The translations under genes were made by a program, and so were the position numbers. From Myxococcales bacterium (GTDB lineage: Bacteria; Myxococcota_A; Polyangia; Polyangiales; DASUME01): DNA of 64,000 nt. The notes below the pieces were generated by a model. It was not told the DNA's origin. It was given only the letters and a program-made list of their open reading frames with translations, and made no database searches. Of this stretch, positions 19,921-29,757 are shown piece by piece. The stretch covers positions 896,001-960,000 of the forward strand of contig JASGJH010000001.1 of assembly GCA_047601445.1 (NCBI GenBank). The letters run 5' to 3'. Position 1 is the stretch's first letter; every line of letters begins with the position of its first letter.

Positions 19921-20511
19921 TCACGGTGACTCCGGGTGCAAACAAAGTCCGAACACGAGGAAGGGCGCGCACACGTAGCCGTCCTCCGCGCGACAATCGC
20001 TGTCGCTCGCACACAGGCGCTGGCACTGCGTCTCCTCGTTGTAGGTCACGCACGCCGCGCCCGCTCCGCACTGCGTCGCGTGCAGTGGATCGCAGTCGCG
20101 CGTGCAGTAGCCGTGCGGCGAGCCGAGATCCCCTTCTGTCAGGCAACGATGACCGGCCCCAAGGTCCGCGCAGTCCTCGTCGCTCGTGCAGCCCGCGCCC
20201 ACGCGTCCCGCGGCGGCCGCCAAGTCTCTCCCCGCATCCTGACCCGTGTCATCCTTCTCGTGCGAGGCTTCGGACGTTGCCACCAGGCTCGCGTCCGAAG
20301 GCACCTGGGCGTCTGCAGAGAACGAGTCGTCGGGCGCTTGGGCGTCGGATGCAGCATCCGTCCGAGCGGGCAGGGCAGGTGAGTTTGCGTCGCTCGCGTC
20401 CTCGCTCGGCGGCGACGCGGGGCGCGCCGAAGCGAGTTCCGAGGTGGGCTCTTCGGCATGTTCGCTGGAACAGCCGACGAGCAGAATCACGAGTGCGAGC
20501 TGCGTTCTCAT
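19921..20511 (-). CDS. Cys-rich lipoprotein
   Basis: Lipobox LVGC, low-complexity D/A/S linker, C-terminal GCTSDEDC...GYCTRDC...CASDSDCR module. Confidence 0.7.
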   Translation of the reverse strand: MRTQLALVILLVGCSSEHAEEPTSELASARPASPPSEDASDANSPALPARTDAASDAQAPDDSFSADAQVPSDASLVATSEASHEKDDTGQDAGRDLAAAAGRVGAGCTSDEDCADLGAGHRCLTEGDLGSPHGYCTRDCDPLHATQCGAGAACVTYNEETQCQRLCASDSDCRAEDGYVCAPFLVFGLCLHPESP

Positions 20512-20740
20512 CGCACTTCATCTAGACACCGACGACATCGCGCTGCACGGACTGGCACGGCTGCGCTTGCGCTTTGTGGGTGAGCCACGTCGCACAATCG
20601 CGAGCGCTGTTTCGAGGCTCACGCGGACGGTGTGATGGACGTCGAGCTCAGGCAATTCTGCCCAGGAAGAGCGCGAAAAAAACGCCTCATCCCAGCTGGG
20701 AATGCATGCCCTCTTGGCGCTGCGCCGGTGCCGCCTGCTG

Positions 20741-22168
20741 TCAGTGAAAGACGCGAATCTGGATGCTCGAGACGTTCTCGCCACCGGCCGCCACGTCGGT
20801 CACCACCACGATGGGATCCCCGGGCAACACGCGGTTGCGCTGACGCAGGCGCTCGAAGGCGGCGCGGATGGTCTTCTCGGGATCGCTCGAGAAGTCCATC
20901 TTGAAGGGCACCACCGAGCGCGTCAGCCAGAGCTTGCGGCGCGTGGTGCTCATGTTGGTAAAGGCGTAGATGATGGCGCGCTGCGGGCGATAGCTCGCGA
21001 CCATCTGGCCCAGCATGCCGCGGCGGGTCATCACCACGATGGCCGGGGCATTCAACGAGTCCGCCAGGCGACAAGCGCTACGTGCGAGCTCGTCACGGAT
21101 GGTCTGGGGCTTCTTGTCCGCGATGACGTTGTAGCCGGGTTCCTTCTCCACACGGCGCGCGATCTTGTCGAGCATTTGCACGCAGCGGTCGGGGAATTTT
21201 CCGGTGGCGGTTTCGCCGCTCAACATGATGGCGTCGGCCTGCTCGTACACGGCGTTGGCCACGTCGGTGACCTCGGCGCGCGTGGGCGTGGGGCTGTCGA
21301 TCATGGATTCGAGCAAGTGGGTGGCCACGATGACGGGCTTACCGGCCAGGGCACACTTGCGGACGATCATGCGCTGAATGCGCGGGAGCTCCTCGATGGG
21401 CACCTCGACGCCGAGGTCGCCGCGCGCCACCATGATGCCGTCGGCCACCTCGAGGATCTGCTCGAAGTTGTCGACGCCTTCCTGGTTCTCGATCTTGGCG
21501 ATGATGCGCGCGTGGCCGCCCTTGGACTGGACGATCTCGCGTGCGTCGAGCACGTCCTGAGGGGAGCGCACGAAGGAGAGCGCGATGAAGTCGAGGTCGT
21601 TGTCGACCGCGAACTCGATGTCCTTCTTGTCCTTCTCCGTGATGGAGGGCAGGTTCACGCGCACGCCGGGCAAGTTGATGTGCTTGCGTGAGCCGAGCGT
21701 GCCGCCATCGAGCACCTTGCAGCGCAGGCGTCCCTCGGTGATGTCGAGCACCTCCAGGTTGATCAAGCCGTTGTCGACAGTGACCTTACTGCCGACCTTC
21801 AGGTCCTTGACCATGTCCTGGTAGTTCACGTGCACGCTCTTCTCTTCCGGGTTCTCGTTGGTGAGCACCGTGAAGGAGAAGATCTCGCCGACCTTGAGAT
21901 CGATGTTCGTCTTGAGCTCGCCCGTGCGGATCTCCGGGCCCATCGTGTCGAGCAAGATGGAGACCGGATGGTTGAGCGAGCGGTTGAGGCTCTGAATGCG
22001 CCGCACGATCATCAGCGCCGACTTGTGCGAGCCGTGCGACATGTTCAGACGCGCGATGTTCATGCCGGACTGCGCCAGCTTCTGAATCATGCGCGAACTA
22101 TCGGTCGCGGGGCCGATCGTGCAGACAATCTTGGTGTGTCGAAAATCCCGTCGTTCCTGCGCCGCCAT
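20741..22168 (-). CDS. pyk: Pyruvate kinase
   Basis: [34 protein letters not shown] and MLSGETA motifs; start may instead be 22186. Confidence 0.97.
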   Translation of the reverse strand: MAAQERRDFRHTKIVCTIGPATDSSRMIQKLAQSGMNIARLNMSHGSHKSALMIVRRIQSLNRSLNHPVSILLDTMGPEIRTGELKTNIDLKVGEIFSFTVLTNENPEEKSVHVNYQDMVKDLKVGSKVTVDNGLINLEVLDITEGRLRCKVLDGGTLGSRKHINLPGVRVNLPSITEKDKKDIEFAVDNDLDFIALSFVRSPQDVLDAREIVQSKGGHARIIAKIENQEGVDNFEQILEVADGIMVARGDLGVEVPIEELPRIQRMIVRKCALAGKPVIVATHLLESMIDSPTPTRAEVTDVANAVYEQADAIMLSGETATGKFPDRCVQMLDKIARRVEKEPGYNVIADKKPQTIRDELARSACRLADSLNAPAIVVMTRRGMLGQMVASYRPQRAIIYAFTNMSTTRRKLWLTRSVVPFKMDFSSDPEKTIRAAFERLRQRNRVLPGDPIVVVTDVAAGGENVSSIQIRVFH

Positions 22169-22221
22169 AGGGCCGGAGCTTGGCATTGTGTGAACAATTA
22201 TGCCAACTTCGCGGTGTGACA

Positions 22222-23194
22222 ATGGAAGCGGTCAAGACGCAGGCGCCGACCCGTCTCGGTCGCAGGGCGCTGTACGCCGTGTTGCTCGCGATCGTGGTGT
22301 TCGCCGGGCTCGGCCTCGCCAGCGACCTCGGCTCGCTCGGTGAGAGCCTGGCGAGTTTTCACTGGCCTGCGCTCGGCATGGCGCTCGCCCTCGTGCTCGG
22401 GAATTACGTGCTGCGTTTTCTGCGCTGGCAGTACTACCTGGGTGTGCTGGGGGCGCAGGTGCCGGTGCGGCTGAGCGGGCTCGTGTTTCTGTCAGGCTTC
22501 GTGATGAGCGTGACCCCGGGCAAGATGGGAGAGCTGTTCAAGTCGGTGCTCCTCCACGAGTATCGCGGCATCAGCATCGCGCGCACGGCCTCCATCGTGG
22601 TGGCCGAGCGGCTCCTCGATTCTGGTGGCCCTGGTCCTGTTGGTGAGCCTCGGCAGCACGGCCTTCCCCCACGGCCGCGCGGTCGCCTTCGCGGGAGGCA
22701 GCGTGGTGGCGGCCATCGTGCTGGTGTGCGTGGCTCGCCCGGTGGGGCACTTCCTGCTCGATCGGCTAGCGAGCTTCGGGCCCACGGCGCGCATCACACC
22801 CAAGCTGCGCGAGACGTACGACGCACTCAACACCCTGACCCGTCCGCGCGCCTTCGTGGTCGGAGGCGGCCTGGCGGTGCTCGGCTGGGCGCTCGAGTGC
22901 GTCGCGACCTGGGTGTTGGCTGGCGGCTTCGGGATCTCCATGCCGTTCAGCGGAGCTACCTTCGCCTATGCGGCGGGCACGCTGGCAGGAGCGCTCGCGA
23001 TGTTGCCCGGCGGACTCGGCGTGGCGGAAGTGGGGATGTCCGGGCTTTTCCGTGCCGCGTCGCCCGAGCTGTCCTTGGCGGGCGCTTCGGCGATCACGAT
23101 CTTGGTACGCCTCTCGACCCTGTGGTTCGGGGTCGCACTCGGGGGGCTCGCGCTACTCGTGCTGCGGGCAACCGAGCGAAAGCAGGACGATTAG
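22222..23194 (+). pseudogene. Lysylphosphatidylglycerol synthase TM / UPF0104 flippase-like gene with a +1 frameshift near 22621
   Basis: First frame gives RFLRWQY...TPGKMGE...VAERLLD; second frame continues LVALVLL...PGGLGVAE...RLSTLW; removing one T at about 22621 gives a single ORF. Confidence 0.75.
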
Positions 23195-23334
23195 AATTTT
23201 CGCACGGGACTGTCCGACCGTGTTTGGTAGCAAAGTAGGCGGCTGGCGAAGCTGTGCGCATGAGTCGCATCAAAAAACCATGAACAGGCGGGTAGGCGTT
23301 GCGGGCGCTTACGGCGTCCGCCCATGATGACCTG

Positions 23335-24204
23335 GTGCAGCGGTTTACCCCTTACGCCCTTGCGCTCGTGTGTGCCCTGAGTGGCGTCACTGGAGCTAAC
23401 GCAGAAGCGCCCGGGGGCCTCGCTGCTCTCGGCCTTTCCGGGGCAGACGGCACCGTACGCGCTCAGGCGAACGTAAGGTTGGCCGTGGCCGTGGCGCCGG
23501 GGTCGCCGGACTTCGCGGTGCGCATGAGCGAGCCTGTGCGCCAGCAGATGGGCAGCATCCGCACCTGCTTCGGGCAGGCCATGGGGCGCAGCGCAAGCGT
23601 CCAGGGGCGCGCGGTGTTCGAGATCGAGGCGCTGTCGCAGGGACGTTCGCGCACGCGCGTGACCTCGAACCGCACGGGCGATCAAGAGATGGTGGAGTGC
23701 ATGCGCGCCAGCCTCTCGCAAGTCGGCTTCCAGGGCATTCCTCGCGGTGTCCGATCGCTGATCACGCTGGATCTCACCAACCCGTCTGCGCAGAACCAGC
23801 TCACCGCCAAGACTCAGGACGCGGCGCCCAGTCCAGTGAAGGTCTTGCCGGGTGGTCGCGCCGAGAGCGAGGGCGGCACGCAGCAGGGCGAGGTTCAGTT
23901 CCGCATCTCCGGTGCAGCCGAAAACCGCACGGCCATCGAAAACCTGCACAACGACGTGTCGCAGCGTTTCGCGGGTTTGCTCGACTGCCGCCGCAAGAGC
24001 TCGCGCAAGAATCACCCTGCGACCGGCACCATCACGCTCAAGCTATCCATCGAGAACGGTAAGGTCGCCAAGATGCGCTCCAAGGCGGATCGCTCGGTGG
24101 GCTACAAAGCTCCGGGTTGCGTGATGGAGTGGCTCGGTCGCGCCGATTCCAGCCGCCTGCGCCCGGCCGAACTCGAGCTGGCGATCACGTTCGGTAAGGA
24201 CTGA
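23335..24204 (+). CDS. Secreted protein with two AgmX/PglI C-terminal (TonB_C-like) domains
   Basis: Signal peptide; IRTCFGQAM...QGRAVFEI...MVECM and LLDCRRK...GTITLKLSIENG...GCVM repeats; start inferred. Confidence 0.5.
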   Translation: MQRFTPYALALVCALSGVTGANAEAPGGLAALGLSGADGTVRAQANVRLAVAVAPGSPDFAVRMSEPVRQQMGSIRTCFGQAMGRSASVQGRAVFEIEALSQGRSRTRVTSNRTGDQEMVECMRASLSQVGFQGIPRGVRSLITLDLTNPSAQNQLTAKTQDAAPSPVKVLPGGRAESEGGTQQGEVQFRISGAAENRTAIENLHNDVSQRFAGLLDCRRKSSRKNHPATGTITLKLSIENGKVAKMRSKADRSVGYKAPGCVMEWLGRADSSRLRPAELELAITFGKD

Positions 24205-24285
24205 CACCGAGCGAGCGCTGGGAGCAGGGGGGCAGCGCCCAAATCAGCTCGCTGTGTTTCGCGCCGGCTGCTACCTGAGGGCGCG

Positions 24286-25188
24286 ATGACATCTGTTGTT
24301 CCCGGCGGGCGCCGCGGCGATGCGAGCCGTGGTCAGGGCACGCTGTCTCTGCGCTATGAAGACGTCGCCCAAGACGGACGACTCAAGCCGATCGCCATGC
24401 CGCACGGGATGGGCGTGGTGGCCTATCGCAAGCTGTGGAACCCCACGCCCCTCGCGAGCGCGTTGCGTGAGCGCGGCATTCTACCGATCTTGAGCCGACT
24501 CAAGATGGAGAGCCTGGGTGGACCCGTGAGCGTGCTGCAGCCGGTGGAGGTGCAAGCCTGGTACGAGCTCTGCCATCTGCGCGGATCCAACGGCGAGGTG
24601 CAGCGCGTGCTGCTCAACCTGGGCGCCGATCTATACGGCTCGCGCGGTCGCACCCACGATCCGCAGCCGCTCGCTGGCGGTGAGCGCATCCAGGTGGGTC
24701 GTGTGTTCGCCGAACACGTCTTCACGCGTCCATTCGCGGCGCCCGAAGCGCGACGCGTGAGCGGGGCGGATTTCGAGGGACTCGACATCGGAGCCGAGCT
24801 GCCCACGCCCGACGGGCGCGGATCGCTGGCACCGCCAGACGCGAGCCGTGCGCTCGACGCAGACTTCGTGGCCGACCCGGCGGACACCGTATTCGGACTC
24901 GGTCAGACCGACTCCAACCAACACATCAATTCGCTGGCCTATATCCCGCTATTCGAGGCCACGGCGCTGCGGCGCCTCGCCGATCACGGGCGGGCGACGG
25001 AGCAGTTTCAACTGCGGGAGATCGAGCTCACCTACCGCAAGCCGTGCTTCGCTGGAGATCGCATGCGTAGCGCGTCCCGTGTCTTCCAGCGCGACACGAC
25101 GCTGCTCGTGCGAGCCTTGATGGCGCCCCACGGGGCGAGCGTGGAGCGCGCCCACTGCACCTGTGCCCTGACGTTCGAGCCGCGGTGA
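24286..25188 (+). CDS. Acyl-ACP thioesterase-like double hotdog protein
   Basis: LRYEDVAQDGRL and TDSNQHINSLAY motifs; YRKPCFAGD. Confidence 0.7.
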   Translation: MTSVVPGGRRGDASRGQGTLSLRYEDVAQDGRLKPIAMPHGMGVVAYRKLWNPTPLASALRERGILPILSRLKMESLGGPVSVLQPVEVQAWYELCHLRGSNGEVQRVLLNLGADLYGSRGRTHDPQPLAGGERIQVGRVFAEHVFTRPFAAPEARRVSGADFEGLDIGAELPTPDGRGSLAPPDASRALDADFVADPADTVFGLGQTDSNQHINSLAYIPLFEATALRRLADHGRATEQFQLREIELTYRKPCFAGDRMRSASRVFQRDTTLLVRALMAPHGASVERAHCTCALTFEPR

Positions 25189-25191
25189 ACG

Positions 25192-25686
25192 CTACTTGAG
25201 CTTGGTCTTGCTGCCGGCGAGGCGCAGCACGTGGTTGAACTCGCCAGCCTGCACGGGTTGCACACTCAGGCGCATGCCGCGCTTGATCACGAGCATCTCC
25301 TGGCACTTGGGGTCGCTCTTGAGCTGGTCGAGGGTGACGAACTCGGGGAACTTCTCCACGAACTCCACGTCCACGCGATCCCAGCGCGGCGCTTCGGGCT
25401 TGGACTTGTCGTCGTAGTAAGGGCTCTTGGGGTCGAACTGGGTCTCGTCGACGTAGGCCTCGCGGCCGATGCGCATGAGCCCCACCACGCCCGGCGGAAT
25501 CACGCTCGAGTGGTAGAAGAAGGCGAGGTCCCCGAGCTGCATGTTGCGCATGTGATTGCGGGCCTGGTAGTTGCGCACGCCTTCCCAGGTGCCGCGGTCG
25601 GCCTTCTTGAGGTCGTCGATGGAATAGACATCCGGCTCGGATTTCATCAACCAGAACTGCGGGGTGCGCTTGGTGGACTTCGGCAT
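25192..25686 (-). CDS. EVE domain protein
   Basis: FWLMKSEP, WEGVRNYQARN, FFYHSS and RLSVQPV motifs. Confidence 0.93.
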   Translation of the reverse strand: MPKSTKRTPQFWLMKSEPDVYSIDDLKKADRGTWEGVRNYQARNHMRNMQLGDLAFFYHSSVIPPGVVGLMRIGREAYVDETQFDPKSPYYDDKSKPEAPRWDRVDVEFVEKFPEFVTLDQLKSDPKCQEMLVIKRGMRLSVQPVQAGEFNHVLRLAGSKTKLK

Positions 25687-25771
25687 GGGCAACGGCTGTG
25701 CTCTACGGAACTTGTCGGCCCCTGGCAACGCGGCGTTGACTTCTCGCCGCCTGCGCTCTAACCGCTACTCC

Positions 25772-26380
25772 GTGCACGCATCGCGCTGGCTCTGCCTCAC
25801 CACCTTGCTCTGGCTGCTCGCCGGCGGAGTGCAGGCCCAGAGTCAGCCCGCGGTGGGCACCTGCCTCGGCGGCAATTGTCAGGTCGGTTCGCCCGCCTTG
25901 CCCCAGCAGGACGCGCAGCAGGAGGTCAGCCCGCCCCGTGGATTCGCCCGTGGTGCGGCCTGGTTCGGCCTGCTGAGCGGAGCCCTCACGCTGGCCGGTT
26001 CGGTGACGATCGCCAGCGTGCACGACCAAGCCTCCGAGCCCATCACCCGGGGCGTCTGGATGGGCTACACCGCGCTGGCGCTGCCGGTGGTGGCCCTGGG
26101 CAGCTTCACCACCCGCAAGCGCGCGAGGGTCGACGGTCTCAAGCCGCTGCGTGGGCTAGGCTGGACGGCCTACGCCGGGGCGGTCACCAATGGCGCGGCT
26201 CAGTTCTACCTGGTGCTGAACGACTCCAGGCCGAGCGCGGGTTTCACCGTGGGCCTCGGCGTGATCAGCCTGATGGCCTTCCTGCCCCATGCCTTCGATG
26301 CCTTCGTCAGCTACCGCAGTGCGCGCAGCAGGGGGTTCGCGCTGGCGCCCACTTCGAGTGGGTTCGTGGTGCGCTTCTAG
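25772..26380 (+). CDS. Hypothetical exported or membrane protein
   Basis: Signal peptide, several hydrophobic segments, C-terminal GFVVRF; start inferred. Confidence 0.6.
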   Translation: MHASRWLCLTTLLWLLAGGVQAQSQPAVGTCLGGNCQVGSPALPQQDAQQEVSPPRGFARGAAWFGLLSGALTLAGSVTIASVHDQASEPITRGVWMGYTALALPVVALGSFTTRKRARVDGLKPLRGLGWTAYAGAVTNGAAQFYLVLNDSRPSAGFTVGLGVISLMAFLPHAFDAFVSYRSARSRGFALAPTSSGFVVRF

Positions 26381-26393
26381 GGGCTCGCCGCTT

Positions 26394-27149
26394 TCACGCG
26401 GGCGTTGCTGGCGCCGCGGAACCGGCTGGCCGACCCGCGAAGAAGCGCTCGGCTTCGCGCAGCTCCCCGGGGGTTCCCACGTGGATCCAGTCACCTCGGT
26501 GCACCAGACCGCCCATGCGCGCCAGGCTGCCGTCGGGTCGCTCGGCGGCGCGATAGAGCTCGCGCAGCGAGAACGGGGCGACCGTACGGCCTGCGAACAA
26601 CGCGGGAGTGAGGATTTGCAGGCCCGAGAACACGTAGCGAGGGGAAGGGCTTCGCACGAGCTCCCCCTGCTCGTTGAGGTCGAAGTCGCCAGGCCCCCGA
26701 TAGCCGATCGCGCGCTCGCGCGGATGCAGCAGGAGCAGGGCATCGAAGCGGGCCGGGTCGAAGGCCTCGCTCAGGCGGCCGAGCGCCGAGGAGTCGCCTG
26801 CGTGGTCGAGCCAGATCGTGTCGCTGTTGGCGCTGAAGAAGGGCCCCTCACCGAGCAGCGGCAGGGCCTGCATCACACCGCCTCCGGTCTCGAGCAGCAC
26901 TTCCTCCCGTGAAAGCGCGATCGCGCTCGGGCCCCGACGTGCCGCCACGTGGGCCGCGATTTGCTCGCCCAGGTAGTGGCAGTTCACGACGATGCGCTCG
27001 CAGCCGGCCTGTTCGAAGTGTGTCAGCGCGTAGTCGAGCAGTGCCCGGCCGCCGACCTGGACCAAGGGCTTGGGCGTGCTGCGCGTGAGCTCGCCCATCC
27101 GCGTACCGAGGCCGGCCGCGAACACCATGGCACTGCGAAGGACGGCCAT
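26394..27149 (-). CDS. Nucleotidyltransferase, MurU-like
   Basis: AMVFAAGLGTRM.ELT..TPKPLV, LLETGGG, NSD and WIHVGTP motifs. Confidence 0.85.
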   Translation of the reverse strand: MAVLRSAMVFAAGLGTRMGELTRSTPKPLVQVGGRALLDYALTHFEQAGCERIVVNCHYLGEQIAAHVAARRGPSAIALSREEVLLETGGGVMQALPLLGEGPFFSANSDTIWLDHAGDSSALGRLSEAFDPARFDALLLLHPRERAIGYRGPGDFDLNEQGELVRSPSPRYVFSGLQILTPALFAGRTVAPFSLRELYRAAERPDGSLARMGGLVHRGDWIHVGTPGELREAERFFAGRPAGSAAPATPA

Positions 27150-27150
27150 C

Positions 27151-27837
27151 TCAATCCATGAACAGGACTTTGCCGCGCAGTAGCGAGGCCCTCACGGGGC
27201 CGAAAGCACGGCTGTCGTTCGAGCGGGTGCGGTGATCGCCCAGCACGTAGATGTGATCGTCGGGGACGCGCACCGGCGGCAGCGTCTGACCCCACTCGAG
27301 CGAGCGGCTGATGCGCCAGTGGTGGGCGTCGGAGGACTCCGTGTAGGTCTCACAGATGGCGTAGCGGCTACGGAAGCGGCCGGGCGGGCAGGCGTGCGGC
27401 CCATCGTTGGTGAGCAGAGCGCCGTTGCGGTAGATGGCGTCGTTGCGCACTTCGATCACGTCACCGGGCAGGCCGATCACGCGCTTCACGAGATCTTCCG
27501 AAGGGTCCTGTGGGCTTGCCAGGATCACCACGTCGCCCACGTCGGGGAGCGCCCAGCTCACGATGGCGTCGGCGAGCCAGGGCAACGCCAGACCGTAGGC
27601 ACAGCGCGCGACGAAGAGCTTCTCACCCGTGAGCAACGTCGGCTCCATGGAGGGCCCGTCGACTTCGTAGGCCTGGGCGATACCCACGCGCACCGCCACC
27701 GCAAGGCTCAGCGAGACCACCAGGGTCTTGGCCAGGTCCCACAGGCGCTCGACCGTGGTGGGGCCAGCATGCGTGGTGATCGCCGGATCGGGGACCGGCG
27801 TATCGTTTGGCTCGCTGTCGTCGCGCTGTGATTCCAT
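27151..27837 (-). CDS. lepB: Signal peptidase I
   Basis: Single TM, SMEPTL (catalytic Ser), VKRVIGLPGD (Lys), LGDHRTRSNDSR.FG. Confidence 0.92.
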   Translation of the reverse strand: MESQRDDSEPNDTPVPDPAITTHAGPTTVERLWDLAKTLVVSLSLAVAVRVGIAQAYEVDGPSMEPTLLTGEKLFVARCAYGLALPWLADAIVSWALPDVGDVVILASPQDPSEDLVKRVIGLPGDVIEVRNDAIYRNGALLTNDGPHACPPGRFRSRYAICETYTESSDAHHWRISRSLEWGQTLPPVRVPDDHIYVLGDHRTRSNDSRAFGPVRASLLRGKVLFMD

Positions 27838-27947
27838 CGATTTTCCGTTCAGGAGCCCGCGTTTCACCAGGCGAGCTACTCGAGATTTTGTTGCGTGACG
27901 CCGGGCGTGGGTGCTCCGAGCCGGCTCACTCCCGCGACACGCGCGGA

Positions 27948-28124
27948 TTAGCGGCGGCCCTTGAAGCCCATCATGCCTTGAACCACGGATTCACTCTGTT
28001 TGGCGACTTCGTGCTCTTCGCGGGCACGGTCGGCGCAGTCTTCGCAGAGCTTCTTGGCGCGCCCGTCGACCTTGACGCTGACCAACTCGTCGACCTCATC
28101 CCCACAGCTACGACAGACCGGCAT
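27948..28124 (-). CDS. Small zinc-finger-like protein (58 aa)
   Basis: MPVCRSC...KKLCEDC with two CxxC pairs, then a helical tail; GGAG upstream of ATG 28124. Confidence 0.7.
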   Translation of the reverse strand: MPVCRSCGDEVDELVSVKVDGRAKKLCEDCADRAREEHEVAKQSESVVQGMMGFKGRR

Positions 28125-28169
28125 TGGCGCTCCACTTCCCCGGAAACCAATGAGAAGCATGCACGTTTT

Positions 28170-28185
28170 CTGGGCATTTGAACAG
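28170..28185. promoter_or_regulatory. Possible LexA (SOS) box
   Basis: CTGGGCATTTGAACAG fits CTG-N10-CAG and has the same CTGnnCRnnYGnnCAG layout as the site upstream of uvrA. Confidence 0.4.
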
Positions 28186-28271
28186 GCACCGCCGGTGTTC
28201 ATCGGGCATTGCTCCGGGGTGGGAGAAGCGCTGCAAGTGGCCCACTCGAGGGTAGGCTAAGCTGGCACCGC

Positions 28272-29108
28272 GTGACGCTCGCACCTGGTTTCGTCCGGTT
28301 ATCGATACGACCTCTCCCGAGCTGGCTCGACGTGAGCCGGCTGCTTGGGCGTGAGCCCGAGGAACTCGCGCCGCTCGGGGAAGGCGAGTTCTCGGCGACA
28401 CTGGTCCTGCCGAGTTCCGAGGCCGCCCTGATTGCAGCTCGGCTGCGTGCGCTGGGGCTCGACGGCAAGCCTCTGGAAGTGATGGCGAAGCCAGCCCTCG
28501 GGCGCAGCGCGGTGCGAGCGGGTCGGCTGGCCGAGGCGCGTGAGCGCAGGGTCACCACACCAGGCTTCTTGCGTGCGGGCGCGCGCGCCACCGGGGAAGG
28601 GCGCTATTCGCTGACGCCGGAGGCGCTGGCCCTTCGGTTGGGCGAGCTGGCTGCAGGTCGCAGCGTGGTCGAGGCCTGCGTCGGAAGTGGCGGCAACAGC
28701 GTTGGATTCGCGAGGGCGGGCTGCCGGGTGCGGGGCTTCGACGTGGATGCGGAGCGCCTGGCGGAGGCCCGCCACAACACCCAGGTCTATGGGGTGGCCC
28801 AGCGCGTGGAGCTGGTCCAGGCAGATGCCCTCAGCGCCGTGCCCGGCGAGCGGGCCGAGATCCTGTTCGTGGATCCCCCCTGGGGGGGTGAAACCTACGA
28901 TAAGCGCTACTCGGACCGCACGACCTTCCCGCTGCTGGACCAGCTCTTGGCCCAGGATCTCTCCGGCTATCGCGAGGTCTGGATCAAGGTGCCAAACTCG
29001 TTTCGGGTGGCCAGCGTGGACGGGGCGCGGGCCGAGGCCTGGTTCGGCGAGGCGGCCGGGGACCGTCACCGCATCAAGTTCGTGCTGCTGCGACGTGAGC
29101 AGCGCTGA
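28272..29108 (+). CDS. Class I SAM methyltransferase, Tgs1 (RNA cap guanine-N2 methyltransferase)-like
   Basis: EGRYSLTPE, EACVGSGGN, ARHNTQVYGV and LFVDPPWGG motifs, matching the Tgs1 order EGWFSVTPE / DAFCGVGGN / ARNNAEVYG / FLSPPWGG as I recall it; start inferred. Confidence 0.75.
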   Translation: MTLAPGFVRLSIRPLPSWLDVSRLLGREPEELAPLGEGEFSATLVLPSSEAALIAARLRALGLDGKPLEVMAKPALGRSAVRAGRLAEARERRVTTPGFLRAGARATGEGRYSLTPEALALRLGELAAGRSVVEACVGSGGNSVGFARAGCRVRGFDVDAERLAEARHNTQVYGVAQRVELVQADALSAVPGERAEILFVDPPWGGETYDKRYSDRTTFPLLDQLLAQDLSGYREVWIKVPNSFRVASVDGARAEAWFGEAAGDRHRIKFVLLRREQR

Positions 29109-29263
29109 AGCGAAGAGTATTCCGAGAGCATTGCCGACGGTTGCCTGCTCGAGGGTGCAGGGGTAGGCTTCGCCGCCGATTCGTTCGGATAGTCAGAAAA
29201 CACACCCTTTACTGGACCGGCAGGCAGGGGCCGACGGGCCCAGACGGCGTGAGAGGACAAGAA

Positions 29264-29545
29264 GTGGCCAAGAAGAAACGCGGAAGATTCAACGAGGACG
29301 CGTTCGCCGCTGATGGCGAAGACGAGGACGTACGCGACGACCACGTCAAGCTCGATGGCGTGGTCACGCAGGTGTTCGCGGGCGGTCAGTTCGAGGTCAA
29401 CACGGATGCAGGCGCCGTCGTTCGCGCGCGCCTTTGCGGTCGCATGCGCAAGTACCGCATCCGCGTGATCCTTGGCGACAGGGTGACGGTGGCCCTTTCG
29501 CCCTACGACCTTAGCCACGGGATGATCGTCTTCCGCGCCAAGTGA
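29264..29545 (+). CDS. infA: Translation initiation factor IF-1 with N-terminal extension
   Basis: GRMRKYRIRVILGDRVTVALSPYDL.HG.IVFR; GAGAGGA RBS before GTG 29264. Confidence 0.93.
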   Translation: MAKKKRGRFNEDAFAADGEDEDVRDDHVKLDGVVTQVFAGGQFEVNTDAGAVVRARLCGRMRKYRIRVILGDRVTVALSPYDLSHGMIVFRAK

Positions 29546-29757
29546 AGAGGGGCTCGCGCCGGGCGCCCGTCGGTCGTGTGGACCGCGCGCTCGAGGCTGC
29601 GGGAACTCACGATGGCGGCCCTGCGGCTGTCCCACGCGCCACCACAGTGCAAGCGCGCGTAGGTCGATGCAGAAAAAACAACAAGCCGCAATACAAAACG
29701 ACTGCGCAATGTAAGGCATAAGCGCGGTACGATCGCCGTTGAGGCGGACAACGGTCG

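Noticed and set aside
20553..20570. Sigma54 promoter (TGGCACG)
   Set aside because: The -12 TTGC element is not at the required spacing and no + strand gene follows.
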